A stretch of DNA of 40,813 nt, from IMG/VR virus record IMGVR_UViG_3300044267_003054, positions 1 to 40,813 of that record. One strand, given 5' to 3'. The notes below the pieces were generated by a model. The model was not told the origin of the DNA. It saw nothing but the letters and a program-made list of their open reading frames with translations, and searched no databases. The first letter of the stretch is position 1. Each line of letters begins with the position of its first letter. The position numbers and the translations under genes are program-made. This document shows, one piece after another, positions 7,201 to 15,385 of this stretch. This DNA is from a virus (lineage: Duplodnaviria; Caudoviricetes).

Positions 7201-7906
7201 CGCACTCGAAAGGTACGGGGACATGGCCGACAAGTTGGGCATGAGCCACGAACAACCAGTCGGCATCTCCTATAAGTCCTATGTGAATAGGAGCAAGACG
7301 GAGGTGCCGTCGGTCACCGACCACCTACTCAACGAACTTATTAAAGGCTGGCTGAGTGGGAAGATGTCTGACCGTGTCGTCCGGTTCGAGGGGAGCGTGT
7401 ACGCCTTCCACGGTACACGCCTGTATGTGAACCCACGCTGGTCAAAGTGGCGCTACCGCAAACCGTTCGCGGTGGCTCGGGTTGATCGGAAGGACGGCGT
7501 ACTTGAGGCCTTTGGCAAGTACGCCCGATGGGCTGACGCAGCATTCCCGAACGACTGGGAGAAGATCCATTCTAGGATCAGACGCATTGCCCGGAACCAC
7601 TTCAACTCCGCAGATGCGAGCCCCTACGCTCTGCGTTCTCGCATGGATGTGTGCCCCGTCTACTCGCTGCACCAGGGTGCACGGCATAAGGCTAACCACG
7701 CTGCCAACGCCACCGCCTATGACGAATTGCTGCTGCTATTCAACAACAAGTTGAAGCGGGCGAAGCGTCACAAGAGGTTCCACCTCAACGCCTACACCAA
7801 GGTGCTTGAGGAGGCGAAAGAATATGAGGACATCCACGGGGTCGACCTCGGGATTATAATCCGAAAGGATTATGTCCTCGAAAGCTTCCGAAGAAAACTC
7901 AGCTAA
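7193..7906 (+). CDS. Hypothetical basic protein (237 aa)
   Basis: ATG 7193 after GGAGG, overlaps upstream stop (ATGACTAA); ends just before the terminator. Confidence 0.7.
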   Translation: MTNALERYGDMADKLGMSHEQPVGISYKSYVNRSKTEVPSVTDHLLNELIKGWLSGKMSDRVVRFEGSVYAFHGTRLYVNPRWSKWRYRKPFAVARVDRKDGVLEAFGKYARWADAAFPNDWEKIHSRIRRIARNHFNSADASPYALRSRMDVCPVYSLHQGARHKANHAANATAYDELLLLFNNKLKRAKRHKRFHLNAYTKVLEEAKEYEDIHGVDLGIIIRKDYVLESFRRKLS

Positions 7907-7912
7907 CTTGTA

Positions 7913-7957
7913 GCCCACTGTCCTCCCTCACGGGGGGATGGTGGGCGTCTTTTTTTT
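7913..7957 (+). terminator. Rho-independent terminator ending the early operon
   Basis: 15-bp stem GCCCACTGTCCTCCC-TCAC-GGGGGGATGGTGGGC (3 G-U pairs) followed by GTC and T8. Confidence 0.85.
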
Positions 7958-8025
7958 GCCTAGATTTCGCAGACCAATGATGTATTGTTGTGGTGCACAC
8001 GCGCCATAAAACTAGGAGACCATCG

Positions 8026-8217
8026 ATGGCCCAGCCCTTGATGCAACATGAACTGAAAAAGAAAACACGCCACATCCCCTTGCCCATTGAGATATGGGAC
8101 GAGATCGAAGACCGTATGCGAGTGTCGAAGCGCAGCTATGGTGCGGAGATAAGCTCCATGATTGAGCAACTGCTTAACCTGGAGAAACTAACCAGCGAGA
8201 CGCAAGCTCGTAGGTAG
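8026..8217 (+). CDS. Ribbon-helix-helix (Arc/CopG-like) DNA-binding protein
   Basis: AGGAGA SD; TRHIPLP strand, EIWDEIEDRMRVSKRS helix, GAEISSMIEQLL helix. Confidence 0.6.
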   Translation: MAQPLMQHELKKKTRHIPLPIEIWDEIEDRMRVSKRSYGAEISSMIEQLLNLEKLTSETQARR

Positions 8218-8721
8218 GGGGGGACGGACCATCTTGTCAGTGTAGTGGGTAAGGAGAGCGTCGAGCGCTTGGACTAACTGGTCCCTTTTATTTGGCGGCA
8301 GATGATTATCAATGGCCGCTGACACCAGCACCCGCTCGCACTCTCTGCCCGCTTCCCTGCGCACAGCACCCAGTGCATCAAGCACTTTGTGAAAACTGTT
8401 AAGCTGCCCAGTCGACGCAGCCCCTACACTCACTGACCCTGAGCGTTCATAGTTAGACCCGCTGGGCCCAAGCATTCGTGCTCGCCACATGATAGCACAA
8501 AAGCTTTCGGCTGCGCTGTGTTGCACATCACTGATGTGATTGTCTCTCAACATGCCATCGAAGGGTGTCGAGTCGAGACGCCGCAGCCTAACCTGAAAGG
8601 CTTTGGGGGATACAGGTTCGAGCCTGTACTCGCCATGCCTCAGCTTTTCTGGGGGGCCAAAGTCCGACGGACTAGATGTCCCACCCTTGCGTATCGTATT
8701 GCGCTTGCTGTTCTTGCTCAT
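8188..8721 (-). CDS. DUF6456-like putative transcription regulator/antiterminator
   Basis: DFGPPE motif, D.ML....I...QH.AA..F pattern, helical C-terminus with L..ALD.L..HY; located right after primase-helicase. Confidence 0.5.
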   Translation of the reverse strand: MSKNSKRNTIRKGGTSSPSDFGPPEKLRHGEYRLEPVSPKAFQVRLRRLDSTPFDGMLRDNHISDVQHSAAESFCAIMWRARMLGPSGSNYERSGSVSVGAASTGQLNSFHKVLDALGAVRREAGRECERVLVSAAIDNHLPPNKRDQLVQALDALLTHYTDKMVRPPLPTSLRLAG

Positions 8722-10465
8722 CGATGTAACAGCCTGTCGCCACGTCGAACCCGAGAGATGCTTCGCCTAATGCGCCGACCCATTTGTACCTCATCTTCCA
8801 GACGATGAACTTCACTGATACATCGTAGCCCCCATCGGGGTCAAGCTCACGGTGAACAGTCAGGCCGCAATCGCATTTGGAAAACCAGTGGGCCGACCCA
8901 GATATATCCATCCCCCTGGGGGCATGGACCTTGCCGTTCTCACGGGGGAGCTTGGTCGGGTGCGCCACAAAGAACACATGCAGATCGTGATGACGTGCAA
9001 ACAATCGCACCTTGGTAAGCATGTCCGAGATAGCCTCGGTCTCGCTTCGGGTCCCGCGCTTAATCTCCAGGTAGTTATACGGATCGATCACCAGTGCACG
9101 CACCCCGAGCCTTAACACCGCTGCCTGTGCCCGTTCAAGAATGCTATCGACAGAGCAGGGCTCGCCGTCGTTGTGGTCAACGAAAGCGAAGTGCTCGTTG
9201 ATAAATTCTTTGGCCTCGTTCAACTGGTCACGGGACATGCGTGGGGTCAGCCCCTCGAAGAACGGAAGCTTCAGATACTTCTCGGCCAGCTTTGCAATAT
9301 GCGTAGCGGGATCGTTCTCGAATGAGCACACACAAAACTTCCAGCCCTTGTCCCGTGCGAGGTTCATCATAATCGCATCGATCATCTCGCTCTTGCCTGA
9401 ACTGGGGATGCCAGTCACCACCGTAAGCTGGCCCGGCACCACGGAATACAAGCCGTCGAGGGAGGGAAAGCCTGTGCTCGCACCCTTGCCATGACCCTTT
9501 TCATACAGGTCCATCAGCTTATCTTCGTAGAACTTTACATCTCGCAACCCAGCGATAGGCCACGGCTGCGCTTTCTCTATGGCTCCGCGCACCGCATCCG
9601 CGCCAGCTTCCAGCAGGGTGTCGTTAGCATCCTTGCCGACTGGCCACTTGACAGTCCAGCACTTGACCTTACCCACTCGCCTTGCGAGTTCCTCTCCGAG
9701 AGCAGCGCCCTGCTCATCCATGTCCCCCGCAATAATAATCTTCTCGACGTTGGCCAACTGGTCGCGTGCTGACCACACATAGTTAAACTTGCGGTCCTCT
9801 TGCGGATCGATCTTACTGTCACTGAGTTTCATGGGTGCGCCATTCGGTACGCTGACAACGCAGGCTTCGGGCATGGCAGTCGCTATGCTAAGGGCATCGA
9901 TCTCGCCCTCGCAAACAATCAACTCTTTCTCGTCGGTTAAATCTTCAATGCCCCATAAGGTCTGGCATCCCCCAGTCCCCTCCTGGGTGTGCAGCTTCTC
10001 ATCCACCGCCCGATACTTGGACGCATAGATTTCTCCCTCGGAATTTTTGTAAGGGAACCCGATGCACGGAACTTCTTTATCAACCTTTCGGAAGAATTTT
10101 GTGGTGGAGAAAACGCCAAATCTTTTTAGCGCCTCTTCTGAAATGCCTCTGGATTTCAGGTAGTCCAGGTGGGTGTCGATAATGGGGTACGCACTCTTCG
10201 CAATCTCGACATCCTTTGTGGGCATGGGCTTTCGTCTTTCCATCTGAATAGGAGGACGGTCAGAGAATGCCCCCTTGTCTCCGCAATGGTGACAATGCCA
10301 GACGATGTGGTCGGCTTCAACCTTCACGCTAAGGCACGGGTCTTTCTGGTTCTGGCGCTTGCGGGTAGAGGAACAAGACGGGCATGTCGTCCTGACATTA
10401 TGGCCCACCTGCCGCTGCTTGCTACCTAATGAATTGAAAATTTCTTCTCCGACGTTGGCATACAT
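8672..10465 (-). CDS. T7 gp4/Twinkle-type DNA primase-helicase
   Basis: Zn finger CPSC...CHHC, TOPRIM CEGEIDALS / GDMDEQG / KDAND, SF4 helicase TGIPSSGKS, LVIDPY, VAHP.K, DISGSA. Confidence 0.95.
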   Translation of the reverse strand: MYANVGEEIFNSLGSKQRQVGHNVRTTCPSCSSTRKRQNQKDPCLSVKVEADHIVWHCHHCGDKGAFSDRPPIQMERRKPMPTKDVEIAKSAYPIIDTHLDYLKSRGISEEALKRFGVFSTTKFFRKVDKEVPCIGFPYKNSEGEIYASKYRAVDEKLHTQEGTGGCQTLWGIEDLTDEKELIVCEGEIDALSIATAMPEACVVSVPNGAPMKLSDSKIDPQEDRKFNYVWSARDQLANVEKIIIAGDMDEQGAALGEELARRVGKVKCWTVKWPVGKDANDTLLEAGADAVRGAIEKAQPWPIAGLRDVKFYEDKLMDLYEKGHGKGASTGFPSLDGLYSVVPGQLTVVTGIPSSGKSEMIDAIMMNLARDKGWKFCVCSFENDPATHIAKLAEKYLKLPFFEGLTPRMSRDQLNEAKEFINEHFAFVDHNDGEPCSVDSILERAQAAVLRLGVRALVIDPYNYLEIKRGTRSETEAISDMLTKVRLFARHHDLHVFFVAHPTKLPRENGKVHAPRGMDISGSAHWFSKCDCGLTVHRELDPDGGYDVSVKFIVWKMRYKWVGALGEASLGFDVATGCYIDEQEQQAQYDTQGWDI

Positions 10466-10479
10466 CCTGTTCTCCGTTG

Positions 10480-10630
10480 GTTAGTATGAGTGTTTATATT
10501 TAGAATTGTTTTTATTATTATCTTATATCATCTAACTAGGTTATATATTTATAAAATAAATATATGTTCATCTGATATAAGATGTAATAGGAATTATCAC
10601 ACATCGCTAATGAGGTCACTATTTTTTTTC
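10480..10630. other. AT-rich palindromic region, candidate replication origin
   Basis: Most AT-rich non-coding stretch seen in the window; nested inverted repeats ATCTTATATCA/TGATATAAGAT and ATATATTTAT/ATAAATATAT; directly upstream of primase-helicase. Confidence 0.5.
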
Positions 10631-10632
10631 GA

Positions 10633-10908
10633 CTAGAGATTTGGGCGCTCTTTTACCAGCCTATCGTAATGATACCGACGCTGCGTTGGGCTCATGTCCA
10701 GTAGGATGATGACAGCCTCTCGCACCTTGACGGGGTCGAACCCCGCCAGCGTGCAGATGTCGATGAAGTCCTGGTTGGGAACAAGCACCCAGTTCAGTGC
10801 GTCATGCTTGTCGGATGTGGGCGCTGGAAACAGGGCGTCCTTTAGCCCGCGCTGGAGAACTGTCAGCCACAGAGATTTCTCGGAGCGTGATCTCGCATCG
10901 TGGTTCAA
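10633..10908 (-). CDS. Conserved hypothetical phage protein (start uncertain, TTG 10908 chosen)
   Basis: E..LW..VL...LKDA...A..W.....DF..IC.LAG.DP pattern common in phage replication modules; overlaps the rusA 3' end. Confidence 0.6.
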   Translation of the reverse strand: MNHDARSRSEKSLWLTVLQRGLKDALFPAPTSDKHDALNWVLVPNQDFIDICTLAGFDPVKVREAVIILLDMSPTQRRYHYDRLVKERPNL

Positions 10909-11230
10909 CTTTATCCAGCCCCCAATAGATGTGCTTTTCTTTAATCGACCTGTCATTGTGGTACACAATTTGTTGCAGCGCATCAAGGATCACGCTCTCG
11001 TCCAGGTCAGGACGACGGCTGGCGTAGAAGATATGCATGGTGATCGACAGGTCGACACCCTTCTCGAACATCGGGAGCCGCAGCGCATTGGCCTGAAGCT
11101 GAATGGCTTTCACATAGCTGAGAGCCTTCTTGCTTTTAATAAAGCGTGGGCGTCCACCAATCTGGACAAGCCGTCTGCTGTTGCTCTTGCTGGCAGGCTC
11201 TCCGTACAGCGTGAAAGAAAGTGTTGACAT
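10802..11230 (-). CDS. rusA: RusA-family Holliday junction resolvase
   Basis: GEPASKSNSR, RRPDLD...ILDALQ..VY.ND.....K. Confidence 0.85.
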   Translation of the reverse strand: MSTLSFTLYGEPASKSNSRRLVQIGGRPRFIKSKKALSYVKAIQLQANALRLPMFEKGVDLSITMHIFYASRRPDLDESVILDALQQIVYHNDRSIKEKHIYWGLDKVEPRCEITLREISVADSSPARAKGRPVSSAHIRQA

Positions 11231-11251
11231 GCTCGTCTAAGAAACTACATT
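11224..11251 (+). promoter_or_regulatory. Candidate sigma70 promoter for the recombination operon
   Basis: TTGACA(11224-11229)-N16-TACATT(11246-11251) at the divergence point; -35 overlaps the rusA start codon. Confidence 0.5.
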
Positions 11252-11282
11252 CGTGGATTGATTCAAACGTGAGGTGACAGAG

Positions 11283-12188
11283 ATGTCTGAGACTGTAACA
11301 AATAAGTTCAACCTGCCTGCCCCTGTGATGGATATGATTGGTAAGAACGATTATACTCAGGGGCCTACGGATGTAAACGTCACGTCCTTTATTGCACCAC
11401 CCCAGGTCACCAGTCTCAAGCGGAAGCACCGCAAAGATATAGTGGTCGACGCCTCTGACCTTTTCTATGCAGCCTGGGGCAACACCATACACACAGTGCT
11501 TGAGGGCTACGGAGAGCGGAACCCTGACGCTATCGTCGAGGAGTTCCTGCACACTAAAGACCTCGGTGTAAAGTGGGGTGGGCACATCGACTTGCGTGAG
11601 CCGTCACCCGAGGGCCACATTATCAGCGACTACAAACAGACTGGTGCGTTCAAGGTTAAGAAAGCCATCGAAGGTTTTGATGATAGCGACTGGGAGTGTC
11701 AGCTTAACTGTTACGCTCAACTGGTGCGCCGCAATCATCCCGACATTAAGATAGCAGGTATCCAGGTGGTAGCCTGGGTGCGGGACTGGTCAAAGATCAA
11801 GGCCGCAGGCAACCCTACCTACCCACAGGCAGGGGTGGTTACTGTACCCCTCCCGTTGTGGTCAGAAGAACGAGCGGTTGAATATATCCATGAACGCCTG
11901 TCGCTTTGGCAGGATCAGGAACAGCGCATGGACTTCGGTGACCCGTCCATACCATGCACTGATGAAGAGCGGTGGAAGAAACCAGACGAGTGGCGTGTGG
12001 TATTCGCCGCAAGTGGAAAAACCAAGAGGGTATTTGACAATGAGGAAATGGCTAAGGAACTTGTGGCGAGTGAGAAGGGGGGCACCGAAAAATTTGATAT
12101 CACGTTTACCCCCGGACTTCCCACTAGATGCACCTACTTCTGCGAAGCTGCACCATACTGTGCTCAATATAAAGGAGAACAATTATGA
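11283..12188 (+). CDS. PD-(D/E)xK exonuclease (RecB/Cas4-like)
   Basis: G...H..LE, GHIDL, DYK.T, QLN.Y motifs and C-terminal Cys cluster C..FC....YC; ATG 11283 follows GAGG. Confidence 0.85.
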   Translation: MSETVTNKFNLPAPVMDMIGKNDYTQGPTDVNVTSFIAPPQVTSLKRKHRKDIVVDASDLFYAAWGNTIHTVLEGYGERNPDAIVEEFLHTKDLGVKWGGHIDLREPSPEGHIISDYKQTGAFKVKKAIEGFDDSDWECQLNCYAQLVRRNHPDIKIAGIQVVAWVRDWSKIKAAGNPTYPQAGVVTVPLPLWSEERAVEYIHERLSLWQDQEQRMDFGDPSIPCTDEERWKKPDEWRVVFAASGKTKRVFDNEEMAKELVASEKGGTEKFDITFTPGLPTRCTYFCEAAPYCAQYKGEQL

Positions 12189-12973
12189 CGATGATCACCG
12201 CGAAGTTCGTTGACCCACCCCAAGATGCAGATCAAGCGGCGGGCATAAAAGGTCGGAAAAGCTGGAGGATTACAGACCAGAACGGCAATAAATATTTTGC
12301 CAGAGCCGATGCAGGGAGGCCCAAAGAACTTCAAGACCTGTCCGTCCAGATTAAGAAGGGCGGCACCTATGAGGTGGAAGCAAACAGTGACAAGAATGGA
12401 AACAACTGGATCAACGATGCGAAGGAGGGAGAGGCACCTGCCAGTGCACCAGCCCCCGAGGCAGGCCCTGCTGCCTCATCCTGGGGTAGCCCAGACGCCC
12501 GAAGGACACGGTCTATTATATGCCAGTCTATTATCAAAGCCTGTGCTGCACAGGATGGCTCGCAGGAACAGGCCAACCGATGGCTGAGTTGGCATGACGC
12601 ACAGGTTGATGGTGTGGACATGCAGGCTGCTGTCGATAGCATCGCCAGTGCATTCAGTGATGCCCGTCGCACAGGGTTTGTTGTGAACGTCAAGGTTCAG
12701 GCAAGTGTCGATCTTGAAACCAACGACTTCAACATCCCTGTTGAGTTATGGGATGACCACACGGACAAGATCATTAGTCTGGTCGACAGCACCATGGGTG
12801 CCATGTCCTTCGCTGCACCTGAGAAGGTAAGCGAGTGGTGGAAGAGACAGGTGGTAGCACTGGGTCCACTGAAGGAGAAGGACCCTGAGACGTTCGAGAA
12901 GTTCAAAGAGCGTGCTATCGAAATGAAGAAAGCTCTTACGGTTAGTGAAGCCGAAGACGGGGACGGTATCTGA
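12185..12973 (+). CDS. Hypothetical protein, possible ssDNA-binding/annealing partner of the exonuclease
   Basis: ATGA coupling to the exonuclease; beta-rich N-terminus, Ala/Pro linker, acidic C-terminal tip. Confidence 0.55.
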   Translation: MTMITAKFVDPPQDADQAAGIKGRKSWRITDQNGNKYFARADAGRPKELQDLSVQIKKGGTYEVEANSDKNGNNWINDAKEGEAPASAPAPEAGPAASSWGSPDARRTRSIICQSIIKACAAQDGSQEQANRWLSWHDAQVDGVDMQAAVDSIASAFSDARRTGFVVNVKVQASVDLETNDFNIPVELWDDHTDKIISLVDSTMGAMSFAAPEKVSEWWKRQVVALGPLKEKDPETFEKFKERAIEMKKALTVSEAEDGDGI

Positions 12974-13230
12974 TGGCTCGCGGAGGTCTCTGGCACAACA
13001 AGTTCAAGAAGCGTGAGCAGTCAGGCTACGATGACTTCTCTGCTGAGTGCGCTCACCTTACGGGTCACATCGAACTGGTTGCCTCCGACGTTGAGTTTCT
13101 GTCCCAACAACTGGAGGCGGGGAATGCCAGACCTCGTCTCCGCATTTTCGGAGTGTGGCAAGAGCCAGACGAGAGCCCCCGTTGGTTGTCGCTGTCAGCC
13201 CTGCCATACAGGGCACGCAAGAAAAGGTGA
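12973..13230 (+). CDS. Small phage protein, DUF736/SSB-like
   Basis: G.LW.N..K, TG.I, LRI.G.W, WLSLS pattern; TGATG coupling. Confidence 0.5.
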   Translation: MARGGLWHNKFKKREQSGYDDFSAECAHLTGHIELVASDVEFLSQQLEAGNARPRLRIFGVWQEPDESPRWLSLSALPYRARKKR

Positions 13231-13234
13231 CACT

Positions 13235-13417
13235 ATGATTAAAAGAAATTTTAAGCCCGTGCCCATAAGCAAGAGAGAACGTAGGCTACGCCGCAAGGAG
13301 GATAATGAACGGTTAGCAAAGGAGTCAAGGTTTTGGAAGAATGCTCGGTCTGCTATTCAACTGGGATATAACAAACCTGTTAATCGGCAAGCTGCCAAAG
13401 ACTTGAATTGGAGGTGA
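13235..13417 (+). CDS. Hypothetical basic protein (60 aa)
   Basis: ATG 13235 after AAGGTGA. Confidence 0.6.
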   Translation: MIKRNFKPVPISKRERRLRRKEDNERLAKESRFWKNARSAIQLGYNKPVNRQAAKDLNWR

Positions 13418-13421
13418 CACA

Positions 13422-13658
13422 ATGAGCGACTTCAGTGTGAGATGGCGCAACCTTCCCACTCAGAAGGCACAAAGATTTGTTGAGGGTGTGCGCTACGCAA
13501 TTCTCGCAAGAGGTTCCACGTTTGATAAGAACCACCTAGAGAACATCAAGGAATTGCTGGAAATAACACACCATCTGGAGCACGGCGATGAGGGCCGTGA
13601 AGAGAAGCGCCGAACAGATGGGTTGCCTGAACACCGAGCACGCACCCGTGACGGCTAA
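13422..13658 (+). CDS. Hypothetical protein (78 aa)
   Basis: GGAGGTGA SD, in operon. Confidence 0.6.
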   Translation: MSDFSVRWRNLPTQKAQRFVEGVRYAILARGSTFDKNHLENIKELLEITHHLEHGDEGREEKRRTDGLPEHRARTRDG

Positions 13659-13944
13659 CTTCAAGCAGCCTCGCCTGCGCAGCGAGAAGTATTTGCGTTC
13701 ACTGAGAGAGATGCCTTGCCTGTCCTGTGGCATAGCCCCTGCTGGGGTAGCTCATCATCTGCTGCGTGCAGAAGAGAGAGGTGTCGGGCTCAAGACTGGT
13801 GACAATCACGCCGTTCCTATGTGCAACCCATGTCACACCAGACTACACATGAACGGTGACGAGATAATGTTTTGGGATTTGGTGGGCATCAATGCCTATC
13901 AATGGGCAAACAAAAACTGGAGGGAATTTAATGGCGACACTTGA
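13588..13944 (+). CDS. DUF968/HNH-like Zn-binding nuclease (start may be GTG 13648)
   Basis: RS.KYL......PC.SCG, AHH, G.GLK..D...VPMC..CH..LH. Confidence 0.8.
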   Translation: MRAVKRSAEQMGCLNTEHAPVTANFKQPRLRSEKYLRSLREMPCLSCGIAPAGVAHHLLRAEERGVGLKTGDNHAVPMCNPCHTRLHMNGDEIMFWDLVGINAYQWANKNWREFNGDT

Positions 13945-14395
13945 TGAGATTGCAAAGTCAGAAAGCTTTGAAGCTTTATGCATGGCGTTCAAGAAAGACG
14001 GGCCCGGCTGGTCTATTACACTGCGTGTCCAGAACCGTGACCTCTTTCATTCGGACGGGATGCCCTTTCAAATCCTGACGGATCAACTGGGGTCGGGCCG
14101 ATACATGATAGCTATGGTGAAGATTGGCGAAGATGAACACCCAGTCACACCTAAGTCAGTGTCCGAGGGGGAGACAGCAGTCGCATCGGCAGGCAGGCTG
14201 TGTCGGAACAATAAGTTCCAGGCCTTCCTCCTTGATCTGGGCATGGCCTCAGAGCTTTCCGAAGAGGGAGCGAAGGCGGCTGTCTATGACCACTGCCGCA
14301 TAGCTTCCCGCGCTGAACTCAGGAACAACAAGGCAGCACGCAATTCATTCTTTGAATTGGTGAAAGAGTTTGAGTCTCAACATGGAGGAGCCTGA
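13931..14395 (+). CDS. Conserved hypothetical phage protein (154 aa)
   Basis: ATG 13931 after GGAGGG; FEA..., G.RY...MV, AG.LC....F..FL, C.I.SR.EL..N..A motifs. Confidence 0.7.
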   Translation: MATLDEIAKSESFEALCMAFKKDGPGWSITLRVQNRDLFHSDGMPFQILTDQLGSGRYMIAMVKIGEDEHPVTPKSVSEGETAVASAGRLCRNNKFQAFLLDLGMASELSEEGAKAAVYDHCRIASRAELRNNKAARNSFFELVKEFESQHGGA

Positions 14396-14549
14396 GCGTC
14401 CAGACAAAGCATGGATAGAGCACGCTACTGGTGAGAGCGCGAAGCGTAAGTGTATAGTTTGTAACTGTCCAGTCGAGGAGGTTAACTCGCCGAAGGCAAT
14501 TTGTGAGGTGTGCTCCCGCCGTCGACGTGCGGTCCAGTCTTTATACTAG
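14382..14549 (+). CDS. Small Zn-finger protein (55 aa, absent from the ORF track)
   Basis: Manual translation MEEPERPDKAWIEHATGESAKRKCIVCNCPVEEVNSPKAICEVCSRRRRAVQSLY; CxxC...CxxC; overlaps the upstream stop. Confidence 0.5.
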   Translation: MEEPERPDKAWIEHATGESAKRKCIVCNCPVEEVNSPKAICEVCSRRRRAVQSLY

Positions 14550-14673
14550 AACCTTGTTCGCCTGAGCAGCAGGGGTCGATGTTAATCCCGCATCTCACAC
14601 ACTGCCTATGCCCGTGTACCTCGACAACCTGCTGTGCGGACGCGCAGTAGTGACAGTGCAGTTGCTCCATCAT
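14482..14673 (-). CDS. Small Cys-rich Zn-ribbon protein
   Basis: CHYC...VHGH.QC..CG.NI..CC.GE; ATGA coupling to the upstream gene. Confidence 0.7.
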   Translation of the reverse strand: MMEQLHCHYCASAQQVVEVHGHRQCVRCGINIDPCCSGEQGSSIKTGPHVDGGSTPHKLPSAS

Positions 14674-14921
14674 TTCTTTTTCTTCTTGGGCGCAGTTGAA
14701 ACCATCGTCGGCTTTCCGCCTACACCTTGTGGCTTGGCTCGCTTGCGAGATACCGCGCTCTTCTTCTGAGAGGAGGACATCTTCTTTGCTTTAGCAAGCG
14801 GCACACACTTGGGATACTTGCGACCGTCACCCTTCTTCCGCCCGCAAGGCTGATACTTCCCGTTCTTTTTGGGCGCACCTATGTCAACCCACTGTTCGTC
14901 TACCCACTTACGAAGACTCAT
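14670..14921 (-). CDS. Small basic conserved phage protein (83 aa)
   Basis: MSLRKWV.E.WVDI, CGR, YPKC.P; Lys-rich; ATGA coupling. Confidence 0.75.
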   Translation of the reverse strand: MSLRKWVDEQWVDIGAPKKNGKYQPCGRKKGDGRKYPKCVPLAKAKKMSSSQKKSAVSRKRAKPQGVGGKPTMVSTAPKKKKK

Positions 14922-15130
14922 GCCGTGACTCTCATTACAGCGCCGGTGCCCTTGCGTGTAACACCGCACCCTCTACCAACAGACCCGCCCGCTTCTTTCT
15001 TCTTCTTCTTCCCACCGGGCTTGACCTTGCCACTACACACCGCGCTTGCGTACATATTGGCGTAAGCAGAAGGATACACATCAAACTTTCGTTTGGCAGC
15101 AGCCTTTCCTTTGGCGCATAGTTTTGCCAT
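14918..15130 (-). CDS. Small basic conserved phage protein (70 aa)
   Basis: K.KF.VYPSAYAN motif, GG..GRGCG. Confidence 0.75.
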   Translation of the reverse strand: MAKLCAKGKAAAKRKFDVYPSAYANMYASAVCSGKVKPGGKKKKKEAGGSVGRGCGVTRKGTGAVMRVTA

Positions 15131-15136
15131 ATCACT

Positions 15137-15385
15137 CTACCATTTCTTACAGGACCAGTATCGCGCACTGAGTTTGCTGGGTGGCCTGCTATCACACCCA
15201 TGCCGCGCTCGAAAACTTTTCCTTCTCTTAGGCTGGTCCTTCTTGATCTTCATATTCGGATCACCAAACCGGATCAGCTTTACTTCCTTCCCTTGCTTTG
15301 CGAGCACAGCGAACTTCTTCTTCTTGCCCGGTGTGCGCTTGGGTTTGTTATACCCGCTGAACTTCTCGCCACGATAATCAATCAT
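15137..15385 (-). CDS. Small basic conserved viral protein (82 aa)
   Basis: KKF.V, K.IRFGD, RRKSFRARH.C, SA.YWS...W; start MIDY coupled by ATGA. Confidence 0.75.
   Translation of the reverse strand: MIDYRGEKFSGYNKPKRTPGKKKKFAVLAKQGKEVKLIRFGDPNMKIKKDQPKRRKSFRARHGCDSRPPSKLSARYWSCKKW

Noticed and set aside
11283-12188. CRISPR-associated cas4
   Set aside because: No array or other cas genes; context is a phage recombination module
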